Shown here: positions 1 to 8,691 of the stretch, one piece after another
Numbering within the stretch: the first letter of the stretch is position 1
Layout: each line of letters opens with the position of its first letter
NCBI GenBank assembly: GCA_964449725.1
Contig: CAYUZL010000070.1
Coordinates: forward strand, 1-11,582
Source: an uncultured Alteromonas sp.
GTDB lineage: Bacteria > Pseudomonadota > Gammaproteobacteria > Enterobacterales > Alteromonadaceae
DNA length: 11,582 nt
Direction of reading: 5' to 3'
The notes under the pieces: model-generated
Databases searched by the model: none
Told to the model about the DNA's origin: nothing
The model's input: the letters and a program-made list of their open reading frames with translations, nothing else
Program-made: the position numbers and the translations under genes

Positions 1-367
<367 letters not shown>

Positions 368-498
368 ACAACGCCAAAGTAGCGTCGAGAGACGTGGTGT
401 TGTGTGAGACATGCTAATCAAATTAAGCGTAGTTAGAGTAGTGAGTTACTTTGATTGACGATGAATATCAGACTTTCCTAAATTGTTAACCCAGTTTA

Positions 499-618
499 TG
501 TCTGGCGACAATAGCGACGTGGTACCACCTGACTCCATTCCGAACTCAGAAGTGAAACACGTTAGCGGCGATGGTAGTGTGGGGTTTCCCCATGTGAGAG
601 TAGCACATCGCCAGACTC
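499..618 (+). rRNA. rrf: 5S ribosomal RNA
   Basis: TGTCTGGCGACAATAGCGACGTGGTACCACCTGACTCCATTCCGAACTCAGAAGTGAAACACGTTAGCGGCGATGGTAGTGTGGGGTTTCCCCATGTGAGAGTAGCACATCGCCAGACT. This is a canonical gammaproteobacterial 5S, with helix I closing TGTCTGGCG/CGCCAGACA. Length is ~120 nt. Confidence 0.95.
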
Positions 619-644
619 CTATTCAGCTCATGAGAGCTACGAGA

Positions 645-672
645 AAGCCATCCGAAAGGGTGGCTTTTTTTT
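645..672 (+). terminator. Rho-independent terminator of the rRNA operon
   Basis: AGCCATCC-GAAA-GGGTGGCT stem (7 bp including one G-U) with a GNRA tetraloop, followed by TTTTTTTT, about 27 nt after the 5S 3' end. Confidence 0.8.
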
Positions 673-841
673 ATGCTTGAAACAAAATCAGAGACTCCAT
701 ATAAATTAGTGCAGTATTCTGTGCTGTTCACCAGAACTCCCATTCTCTAGAAAGATAAGCTTAAATACCTCAGCTAACGCTGATTCCTTTCTTTGAGTTT
801 AACAAAGTAACATTCAGAAACATTTGTAAGCGTTGAGATTG

Positions 842-870
842 TTGACATTTTTCTGTCATGGCAATAGATT
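842..870 (+). promoter_or_regulatory. Sigma70-like promoter (TTGACA-17 nt-TAGATT) for the yqiJ-yqiK-AAA operon
   Basis: A consensus -35 TTGACA sits at 842-847, a 17-nt spacer follows, and TAGATT is at 865-870. This is ~55 nt upstream of the first ORF's start (926), with GGAG 8 nt before the ATG. Confidence 0.5.
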
Positions 871-925
871 AGGTTTACTTAACGAGGATCGTTAAGTCGC
901 AGTAGCTTATGACGGAGTACATGTA

Positions 926-1567
926 ATGGATAGCCTTTTTTCGCTCTTAGTGAGTTTTCCTACCGCCCCCTATTTTTATTTTTTAATCATATTGCTAGTG
1001 TACTGGCTTATCGTTTCTTTTGGTTTGCTTGATATTGAATTGTTTGATCTCGATATTGAATTGGACGCCGAAGACGACCTTGATAGCGGCACTGAGCATT
1101 GGCTCAGTAAATTAGGGTTGGATGGTGTACCACTTACTGTGGCCATTACATTTTTAGATATTTACGCTCTCGCATTTACCTATTTAGGGCGAAAATATCT
1201 GATGCCTCTCTTTGATGGTTTGCTTACCGCTACAGCGACGGGGGCAGTGGTTGCTGTATTCTCATTGTTACTGGCAATTCCTTTGTCAGCACTGTGTATT
1301 AAACCATTAAGGCAAGCTTTTACTACCCATGAAGCTGTGTCTAAACGAGATCTTGTTGGCACTATCTGCACGGTGACTACATCAAGGGTTAATCCAACAT
1401 TTGGTCAGGCAGAAACCCCTGACGGAATGCTATTAAATATAAGGTCCGCCACCCCAAATTCAATGACTAAAGGATCTAAAGTCGCGCTAATTGAATTTAA
1501 TAAAGAATCTGATTGCTATTCAGTCGTTACTGAAGAAGAGCTAATGGCCATGGCGTCATCTAGTTAG
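926..1567 (+). CDS. yqiJ: YqiJ/NfeD-like inner-membrane protein (DUF1449-type; N-terminal TM helices, acidic DIELD-repeat linker, C-terminal OB-fold-like segment)
   Basis: 213 aa, a similar size to E. coli YqiJ (~209 aa). It has a hydrophobic N-terminus, 'LDIELFDLDIELDAEDDLDSG' resembling the YqiJ 'LDFSLDIDLDFDSD' region, and further TM segments. A short-NfeD-like beta-rich C-terminus is present (VGTICTVTTSRV...GSKVALIEF). An RBS GGAG sits 8 nt upstream. The gene lies 30 nt upstream of a flotillin gene, as in the yqiJK operon. Confidence 0.75.
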   Translation: MDSLFSLLVSFPTAPYFYFLIILLVYWLIVSFGLLDIELFDLDIELDAEDDLDSGTEHWLSKLGLDGVPLTVAITFLDIYALAFTYLGRKYLMPLFDGLLTATATGAVVAVFSLLLAIPLSALCIKPLRQAFTTHEAVSKRDLVGTICTVTTSRVNPTFGQAETPDGMLLNIRSATPNSMTKGSKVALIEFNKESDCYSVVTEEELMAMASSS

Positions 1568-1597
1568 CACTATATTTTACTATTAGGAGTTTAAGCA

Positions 1598-3604
1598 ATG
1601 TCACAGACATTAGTTTTTTGGTTGTCTCTTGCCGGCGGGTTGTTGGTTTTTTTGTTAATCATTTTAACTATGCTTGCGAGGCTGTATAGAAAGGTAGAAC
1701 AGGGTAAAGCCATGATAGTGAATACTATGCGGGCTGAGCCTAAAGTGACGTTTACCGGTTCAGTTGTGTTACCCGTTTTCCATAAAATGGAAATTATGGA
1801 GATTTCATTGAAGACAATTGAAGTGGACAGAAATGGTTCCGATGGTCTGATTTGTAAAGATAATATCCGAGCAGATATCAAAGTGGGCTTCTTTGTACGG
1901 GTAAACAAAAACCGAGATGACGTGCTTAAAGTTGCGCAAGCCATAGGGTGTGAGCGAGCGTCTAACATAGAAACCCTTGAAGCCCTATTTAGTGCCAAGT
2001 TTTCAGAAGCGCTTAAAACCGTTGGTAAATCCTTAGATTTCGAAGAGCTTTACGCTAAACGGGATAATTTCAGAGATTTGATTATTGACAATATTGGGAC
2101 TGATCTAAACGGTTATGTTTTGGAAGATGTAGCAATAGATTACTTAGAGCAAACGCCTATTTCTCAGCTTGACCCAAATAATATTTTAGATTCGCAAGGT
2201 ATTAGGAAAATTACTGAATTAACCGCTGAGCAACATATTCAGACCAATATATTTGAACGCGACGAAGAAATGAAAATTAAGCGTAAAGATGTTGAAACTC
2301 GTGAAGCTATATTAGAGCTTGAGCGTCAGCAAGCCGATGCGGAAGCCAAACAAAGCCGTGAAGTCGAAACGGTAAAAGCAAGAGAAGTGGCAGAAACTGA
2401 ACGGGTACAACATGAAGAAACTTTGAAAGCAGAGCAAGCTCGCGTTCAAGCCGAACAAGAAATCCAAGTTCAAGAACAAAATAAACAGCGAGAAATTGAA
2501 GTCGCAGAAAATAATCGACTACGCGCTGTAGCCATCGAAGAAGAACGAGTTGTTAGGGCTAGAGAGCTAGAGCAGATAGACCGTGAGAAAGAAGCATCTT
2601 TACAAAAAATTGCGAATGAAAAATTGATTGAACATGAAAAACGGGAAATTGCTGATGTGATCCGTAGCCGTGTTGAAGTAGACAAAACCGTTGCCGAAAA
2701 AGAAGAAGAAATTAAAGAGCTTAAAGTTGTTGCTGAAGCTGATCGCAATAAACAAGCACAAGTGATAGCCGCTGAAGCTGAAGCTGAAGAAGCGCTAGTT
2801 AAAGATATTAAAGCGGCAGAGGCGGCAGAAAAGTCTGCTGAACATATCGCAAAAGAAAAATCTATTTTGGCACAAGCTGATTTAGAAGTTGCTGAAAAAC
2901 AAGCAGTAGCAAAACGCAAAGAAGCGGAAGGATTAGAAGCGCTTGCAGCTTCAGATGGTTTAGCCGCTGCTAGAGTCCAAGAAGCACAAGCCAGTGCTGC
3001 AGAACAAGAAGGCATGGCTGAGGTTCGAGTGAAAGAAGCAATGGCTGACGCTATTGAAAAATCCGGTGTAGCAGAAGCCGAAGTGGCAGCGAAGAAAGCG
3101 GAAGCTGAAGCTCAAGGTATGACTAAAAAGTTTGAAGCGATGGCGACTATGTCTGAACAACAGCGTAGCCATGAAGAGTTTAGAATGAAACTCGATAAAG
3201 CCCATGACGAAACTATGGAACAAATACGCACCAACGTTGACATTGCCAAAGAACAATCAGTCGTTCTGGCTCAAGCACTTAAAGAAGCCAATATTGATAT
3301 TGTGGGTGGAGATACTCGTTATTTCGATTCGTTTGTTAAATCGCTATCGGTGGGTAAATCCATTGATGGAACTGTAGGTAAAAGCGCTATGTTGTCTACT
3401 GCCTTTGAGCCTCACATGAACGGCGACGCAAGTCTAGTTGAAGACGTGAAAGAGCTTGTAGCAGGCTTCGGTGACGCCAGTGGTAGCGCCAAAGATACAG
3501 CGACAACGGCATTGATCGCCAAATTGTTGAAGGAAGGCAGTGTGGATCCTTCATTACTTGAATTAATTAGTAACGGCTTGAAAGACCTAAAGAAAGATAA
3601 GTAG
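1598..3604 (+). CDS. yqiK: Flotillin-like SPFH/band-7 protein, YqiK type, with an extended Glu/Ala/Lys-rich coiled-coil
   Basis: 668 aa. It has an N-terminal TM helix followed by 'ARLYRK', then 'VVLPVFHKMEI', 'FFVRVNK' and 'DPNN'. These are collinear with the E. coli YqiK motifs ARLYRR, VMPIFHE, FFVRV and NPNN. A long heptad-like EA-rich region spans ~aa 230-520. An AGGAG RBS is 8 nt upstream of the ATG. Confidence 0.9.
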   Translation: MSQTLVFWLSLAGGLLVFLLIILTMLARLYRKVEQGKAMIVNTMRAEPKVTFTGSVVLPVFHKMEIMEISLKTIEVDRNGSDGLICKDNIRADIKVGFFVRVNKNRDDVLKVAQAIGCERASNIETLEALFSAKFSEALKTVGKSLDFEELYAKRDNFRDLIIDNIGTDLNGYVLEDVAIDYLEQTPISQLDPNNILDSQGIRKITELTAEQHIQTNIFERDEEMKIKRKDVETREAILELERQQADAEAKQSREVETVKAREVAETERVQHEETLKAEQARVQAEQEIQVQEQNKQREIEVAENNRLRAVAIEEERVVRARELEQIDREKEASLQKIANEKLIEHEKREIADVIRSRVEVDKTVAEKEEEIKELKVVAEADRNKQAQVIAAEAEAEEALVKDIKAAEAAEKSAEHIAKEKSILAQADLEVAEKQAVAKRKEAEGLEALAASDGLAAARVQEAQASAAEQEGMAEVRVKEAMADAIEKSGVAEAEVAAKKAEAEAQGMTKKFEAMATMSEQQRSHEEFRMKLDKAHDETMEQIRTNVDIAKEQSVVLAQALKEANIDIVGGDTRYFDSFVKSLSVGKSIDGTVGKSAMLSTAFEPHMNGDASLVEDVKELVAGFGDASGSAKDTATTALIAKLLKEGSVDPSLLELISNGLKDLKKDK

Positions 3605-3639
3605 ACCCTAGGTAAGCACAACTTTTTAAGGAAAGTAAA

Positions 3640-6600
3640 ATGGCTGATGTAGATCAGGTAGCTTCGGCAGTTGCTGATGGCGGCGCATATGAAGTCATCA
3701 AAACGCGTTTGGAAGCACACGCCAAACAACTGAAGTCTGAATTAGACACGTTAAATCAAGCTCGAATTGAAGAGTTTGGTCAGACAAAGTTAGACGTGTG
3801 TGGACGTGTTCGTGTGCGTACCGAACACAATTGCATTGCCCGAGATATTGTTCCTGTGGGCGATGCATTGCTGTTTGGTTACAACGTCTACATTGGCTTA
3901 AAAAAAGAAACACAAATTAAAGACGTATTCTCTCTGTATCAATTAAAGAGTGAAGGAAACAACTACGAGTTATCGCAAAAAGCACTAACCAAAACATTTT
4001 TAGACGACCCTACCTTTAAAAAAGAGTTCGCCGAACTGTATGTATATTACAAAGAAGCCAAGCTTATTCAGTTGAAGGTTCAAGCGGGTATCTTGTTTGC
4101 TGTATTTCAAATAGGCCGAAAGATAGATGATGTCAGGGTTTTCCAATGGAAGGTAAACCCTAACGGTGGCGCAGACTATATTGATAATCGTGGAGAAAGA
4201 GCAATAAAACACGCTTCTTCTCATGATTTTGTTTGGATGCCTACCAGCCGTGATATGCACGAGTCAGGTAGCCACCCCCATATTAATATTCTCGATAAAG
4301 TCTTTATTGAAACTATCGGCGGAAACTTAACGGTTAAAGTTGAAAATAATACCCAAGATGGCTTGGGTATCTATCAAGAACCTGTCGACGATAAAAACCA
4401 GTCACTGGCCGATGCAGAGGTAGAATACGCTGAAGTTGGTAGCCTTATTTTAATGCGCGTAGTTCCGTATCGCGAGAAAACCGCCCGTTATCTTATTTTT
4501 AATACACGAACCCACGACGTAAAACGCATAGACGCAATAGGGCAAGCCTGTATTACCTTACCTGAAGATCACGGTATCATTTTCCCCGGTGGTTATTATT
4601 TAAATAATGGTGAAAGTAAAACTTTTCCTGACCAAATCGATGGCCTTAATTTTAAGCGTAGTATTCGCTCGCCTAATGGCGAAGATGTGTTGTATGTGTT
4701 TTATGAGCCTGAGTCGGGTTTGGCAGGCTTATATTCTTACAACTTAATTCGAAAAGAACTACAAAACCCAATTTACGGACACGGATACAGCCTGTTTTCA
4801 GATGGCAAAGCGGTTATTTTCAGCTCTGAAGACGAAGCGACTCGGGTTCATCCCATGCAAGTTTGGAAAACGCCTTATTTTAGTGAAGAATTTGTCGCAA
4901 ATCAGCCAACGTCAGATACGTTTTTTTCCAGAATTGGAAACAAAGAGTTGGTAAGAGGGATCTCTGACTTAACCAGTATTTGCAAAATGGTGGACAATTC
5001 TAGTCCAAGTAAAAATTTGTATGAAGATCTGATCAACGTTAGTCGCAGTATGGCTGATAGTTATTACTGGTTAGACTCCGATGAACTAAAAGCCATAGGT
5101 GAATTGGTTAAAAATATAACCAGTACGTCTGAATTAGTTATCGATGAGTTCGAAAAAGTTGAGCAAATTAGACGCAAAGCAACAGAAGCGTTGAATGCAG
5201 CTAATGAAAAGCATGATGAATTACTGTCGAACATAGATACAAGCCGTTGGGATACCCCAAATCAGTATGTTGAAAAATTAAGCGAACTCAGAAAGCAAAG
5301 AGGTCACTTAATAACGCTAAAAGAACAAAGGTACATAGATTTACCGCGCATCGAAAAAATGGATGAAGAACTCAACCACGTTTTCGATACGGTAAGCCAA
5401 GCGACAGTGGCGTTCCTTTCTAGCGATGTTGCATTAACCCCGTTTAATCAGCAAATTGAAGAAGCGAATAAGGCCATTGAAGAGGTTGAATCGGTTGTTA
5501 GCATTCAGCCTATTAATGACCAATTAGATGGGCTATCTGAAGGGTTAGATTTATTGATTGAGGTCCTGAACGGACTAAAAGTAGAAGACGCTAACGTTCG
5601 TACTCAGATTTTAGATGACATATCTGAACTGTATGCAAAAGTGAATCAAGTTAAAGCCAAAGGAAGGCAAAAACGTACCCAACTAGGCTCAGGCGAAGCA
5701 AAATCTGAATTTGCTGCACAGTTTAGGCTTTTCTCCCAAAGCATCAACAATGCCCTCTCGGCATCGGATACACCTGAAAAAGCCAATGAACAGCAATCTA
5801 GGTTGCTTATACAACTAGAAGAACTGGAATCGAAATTCAGTGAGTACGACGAGTTTTTAAGTGACATTATGGCAAAACGCGAAGAGCTACACAGCGCGTT
5901 TGAAAGCCGAAAGCAAACCTTGATGGAAGCGCGCCAACGTCGTTCTCAGAACTTATTTAATGCCGCTGAGCGCATTATTAAAGGCGTGGTACGCAGAGCC
6001 GGAGGGTTTAATGATAACGATGAGTTAAATACCTTTTTTGCGTCTGATCCTATGATCATTAAATGTGGTGATTTAGCCACAGAACTCAGAGAAATCGACG
6101 ATCAAATTAAAGCCGACGACATTTTGTCTCAGCTTAAAGCGGCAAAAGAACAAGCTATTCGCAGCCTACGAGACAAAAATGAGATTTTTGAAGGTGGCGG
6201 CAGTGTAATCAAATTGGGTAAACACAAGTTTAGTGTTAACTCGCAAAATTTAGACCTTACCTTAATTGCCAAAGAAGACGGGGTGTATAGACATCTTATT
6301 GGTACCGACTACTACGAGAAGTTTGACTCTCAGGTATTAAATGAACTCAAAGCCTATTGGCATCAAGAATTGGTATCTGAAAATGATAAGGTCGCAAGGC
6401 TGGAATACCTTGGGTTCTGTATTTTAAGAGATGCTGAAAAAGGGATGAATTCATTGGATATGAATACATTTCGCGCCGCGGTTCAGCAGCCCAGTGAACT
6501 TAAAAATTTAGTTCGAAAATATATATCAGAACGTTATCAAGAAGGTTATGAAAAAGGCGTACACGACGCAGATGTGAGCCAATTACTTACTCAATTAGCA

Positions 6601-8673
6601 CCAGTTCACGCTAACGCAGGCGTATTAAAATATGCTCCTAAAGCACGTTCATTGGCTATGTTGTTTTGGCGTTTTAAAGGCTTAGACAAAAAGCAAATCG
6701 CGATATGGCAAAGCCAAGCTCAAAGCGCGACCATGTTAGAAAAAACACTTGGGAGCCGTCAGGGATTTGATTCACTTATTGCTGAATTACTGGATTCGTT
6801 AAGCCGCTTTAATCAGTTGAATCAGTTAAGTTTCGACCATTCGATTTTATTGCAAAGTGCAGAGTACTTGTGTGCTGAATTGACCCAATTGACGATCTCT
6901 TTTGCTGCGAGTCGACCAGCGAGAACATTAGTGAGTAGTTTTGAATCCACACTTGCGGATTTAGGGCATTTAAACGAGTTTGAACAAGCAGTTAAAAACC
7001 TGACTTCGCTAACTGACAGCAATAAAGGTGACGGTGTATATCAACAGTGGAACCTTGCTTGTGCTTGGTTAGCTGCGTTAGTTGAGCAATCAGAAAACAT
7101 CGGGGATGTGCACTATATTCCCGAAGCGGCAGCGCTGATTATCTGCAAAGGGCACCTAAGCGTAACGCCTTTAGATGCAGAGCTTCAGATTAAATTACAA
7201 GGGCTTTTAAGCGAACACCCTCGTATTAAACAAGGTGAACTAACCCTTGCACTAGACGAATTTAACGCTCGCTTACAGCGTTTTTGTGAATTGGATGTAG
7301 AACAATATCATCAGTACCAACAAACCCGTATTGAACTGATGGCTGAGAGTAAAAAAGAACTCCAATTAGATAGTTACAGTGCTAAGCCACTAAGCTCATT
7401 TGTGCGAAACCAACTTATTGATCAAGTTTATTTACCCATAATAGGCGATAACTTAGCGAAACAAATGGGCACAGTGGGTGCGGATAAACGAACGGATTTG
7501 ATGGGCCTATTGTTGTTAATATCACCACCAGGATACGGCAAGACAACCTTAATGGAATACATTGCTGATAGGTTGGGCTTGGTGTTTATGAAAATAAATT
7601 GTCCATCTCTGGGGCACGATGTGACCTCTATTGACCCGGAAAATGCGCCCAACGCAACAGCCAAAAAAGAACTGGAAAAGTTAAATTTAGGGTTGGAAAT
7701 GGGTAACAATGTCATGTTGTATTTAGATGACATTCAGCATACTCATCCCGAATTTTTGCAGAAGTTTATTGCGTTATGCGATGGTACAAGACGAATCGAA
7801 GGTGTTTGGAAAGGGGAAAGCAAAACCTACGATATGAGGGGGAAAAAGTTCTGTGTTGTGATGGCGGGGAACCCTTATACGGAATCTGGCGATGTGTTTA
7901 CTATTCCCGACATGCTTGCAAACCGTGCTGACATTTATAATTTAGGTGATGTGTTAGGTGGCAAAGAAGAGGTATTTGCACTTAGTTACATAGAGAACTG
8001 CTTAACATCGAATTCAGTACTTGCACCTATGGCAGTACGTGAAATGGACGACTTGTACAAACTAGTTGCAATGGCGAAAGGTGAGAATATTCCTAGTAGC
8101 GACTTATTTCATCAATACAGCGGGGCTGAATTGAATGAAATAACACAAGTGTTAAAGCACCTATTAGAAATTCAAAAAGTCATTCTTAAAGTGAATCTCG
8201 CGTATATTCAATCTGCGGCGACCGCCGATGATTACCGCGTTGAGCCTCCTTTTAAACTTCAAGGTAGTTACCGAAACATGAATAAAATGGCTGAGAAAGT
8301 GTCATCAGTCATGAATCATGAAGAGTTAATGAGGTTGATTGGCGATCACTACGTAGGAGAAGCGCAAACGCTGACGTCTGGCGCAGAAGAAAACTTGTTG
8401 AAGTTAGGACTTTTGAGAGGCGCGTTAAGTCAGGAAGACACTGAGCGTTGGGAGCATATCTGCTCTAGCTATTCAGCGAAACAACAGCAAGATATTGAGG
8501 GCGATCCCAGTACAATTGCTGCACAAAAATTATCTCAGTTAGCTGCAACCTTAGATGTGATAAAAGACGACATGTTGCAGTCTGATACCGGTGATTTGAT
8601 TCGACCAATCAATCGTGTTGCCGCAGCTATGCACCTGTTAAGCAAGACATGGACAGGAGATACTAGCAAGTAG
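3640..8673 (+). CDS. Giant (1677 aa) multidomain protein with a C-terminal AAA+ ATPase module (MoxR/dynein-like 'AAA_5' flavour), co-operonic with flotillin; function unknown
   Basis: A single uninterrupted ORF starts 36 nt after the yqiK stop, with an AAGGA RBS. Walker A LLISPPGYGKTTLMEY is at nt ~7519-7548. Walker B VMLYLDDIQ is at nt ~7710-7735. Sensor-1-like VVMAGNPY and an arginine in MLANRADIYNLGD follow. The N-terminal ~430 aa look beta-rich and globular. Residues ~450-1250 are largely helical/coiled-coil. No second P-loop was found, and no DxSxS vWA/MIDAS motif. Confidence 0.85.
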   Translation: MADVDQVASAVADGGAYEVIKTRLEAHAKQLKSELDTLNQARIEEFGQTKLDVCGRVRVRTEHNCIARDIVPVGDALLFGYNVYIGLKKETQIKDVFSLYQLKSEGNNYELSQKALTKTFLDDPTFKKEFAELYVYYKEAKLIQLKVQAGILFAVFQIGRKIDDVRVFQWKVNPNGGADYIDNRGERAIKHASSHDFVWMPTSRDMHESGSHPHINILDKVFIETIGGNLTVKVENNTQDGLGIYQEPVDDKNQSLADAEVEYAEVGSLILMRVVPYREKTARYLIFNTRTHDVKRIDAIGQACITLPEDHGIIFPGGYYLNNGESKTFPDQIDGLNFKRSIRSPNGEDVLYVFYEPESGLAGLYSYNLIRKELQNPIYGHGYSLFSDGKAVIFSSEDEATRVHPMQVWKTPYFSEEFVANQPTSDTFFSRIGNKELVRGISDLTSICKMVDNSSPSKNLYEDLINVSRSMADSYYWLDSDELKAIGELVKNITSTSELVIDEFEKVEQIRRKATEALNAANEKHDELLSNIDTSRWDTPNQYVEKLSELRKQRGHLITLKEQRYIDLPRIEKMDEELNHVFDTVSQATVAFLSSDVALTPFNQQIEEANKAIEEVESVVSIQPINDQLDGLSEGLDLLIEVLNGLKVEDANVRTQILDDISELYAKVNQVKAKGRQKRTQLGSGEAKSEFAAQFRLFSQSINNALSASDTPEKANEQQSRLLIQLEELESKFSEYDEFLSDIMAKREELHSAFESRKQTLMEARQRRSQNLFNAAERIIKGVVRRAGGFNDNDELNTFFASDPMIIKCGDLATELREIDDQIKADDILSQLKAAKEQAIRSLRDKNEIFEGGGSVIKLGKHKFSVNSQNLDLTLIAKEDGVYRHLIGTDYYEKFDSQVLNELKAYWHQELVSENDKVARLEYLGFCILRDAEKGMNSLDMNTFRAAVQQPSELKNLVRKYISERYQEGYEKGVHDADVSQLLTQLAPVHANAGVLKYAPKARSLAMLFWRFKGLDKKQIAIWQSQAQSATMLEKTLGSRQGFDSLIAELLDSLSRFNQLNQLSFDHSILLQSAEYLCAELTQLTISFAASRPARTLVSSFESTLADLGHLNEFEQAVKNLTSLTDSNKGDGVYQQWNLACAWLAALVEQSENIGDVHYIPEAAALIICKGHLSVTPLDAELQIKLQGLLSEHPRIKQGELTLALDEFNARLQRFCELDVEQYHQYQQTRIELMAESKKELQLDSYSAKPLSSFVRNQLIDQVYLPIIGDNLAKQMGTVGADKRTDLMGLLLLISPPGYGKTTLMEYIADRLGLVFMKINCPSLGHDVTSIDPENAPNATAKKELEKLNLGLEMGNNVMLYLDDIQHTHPEFLQKFIALCDGTRRIEGVWKGESKTYDMRGKKFCVVMAGNPYTESGDVFTIPDMLANRADIYNLGDVLGGKEEVFALSYIENCLTSNSVLAPMAVREMDDLYKLVAMAKGENIPSSDLFHQYSGAELNEITQVLKHLLEIQKVILKVNLAYIQSAATADDYRVEPPFKLQGSYRNMNKMAEKVSSVMNHEELMRLIGDHYVGEAQTLTSGAEENLLKLGLLRGALSQEDTERWEHICSSYSAKQQQDIEGDPSTIAAQKLSQLAATLDVIKDDMLQSDTGDLIRPINRVAAAMHLLSKTWTGDTSK

Positions 8674-8691
8674 CACTATGCTAGCGTCTTG

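Noticed and set aside
368-498. Possible tRNA or small RNA in the 23S-5S spacer
   Set aside because: No cloverleaf-compatible sequence or conserved tRNA motif (T-loop GTTCRANYC) was seen. The spacer is ~130 nt and likely contains only processing stems.
483-743. ORFs 483..680 (+) and 546..743 (-), 65 aa each
   Set aside because: Both lie on top of the 5S rRNA gene and its terminator. They are spurious translations of structural RNA.
1591-1998. 135-aa ORF on the - strand overlapping the yqiJ/yqiK junction
   Set aside because: It is antisense to the well-supported flotillin start and has no RBS. The same region is fully explained by yqiK, which carries conserved motifs.
2470-3256. Antisense ORFs 2470..3015 and 2960..3256 (181 and 98 aa, Ser/Ala/Phe-rich)
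   Set aside because: They are a by-product of the GAA/GCN-repeat coding of the flotillin coiled coil. Their products are low-complexity with no plausible fold.
3412-7733. Several 60-105 aa - strand ORFs inside the giant gene (3412..3729, 3698..3913, 4000..4260, 5646..5867, 6822..7022, 7428..7733)
   Set aside because: Each is embedded antisense in a continuous 5-kb ORF that has clear AAA+ motifs. None shows a signal of independent coding.
3640-8673. Known anti-phage defence system (Druantia/Zorya-like giant protein)
   Set aside because: No helicase, nuclease or other defence-associated motifs were recognised. The flanking genes (rRNA, mepM) are core genome, and there are no integrase/transposase or other island hallmarks. 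I assessed domain content by eye only.
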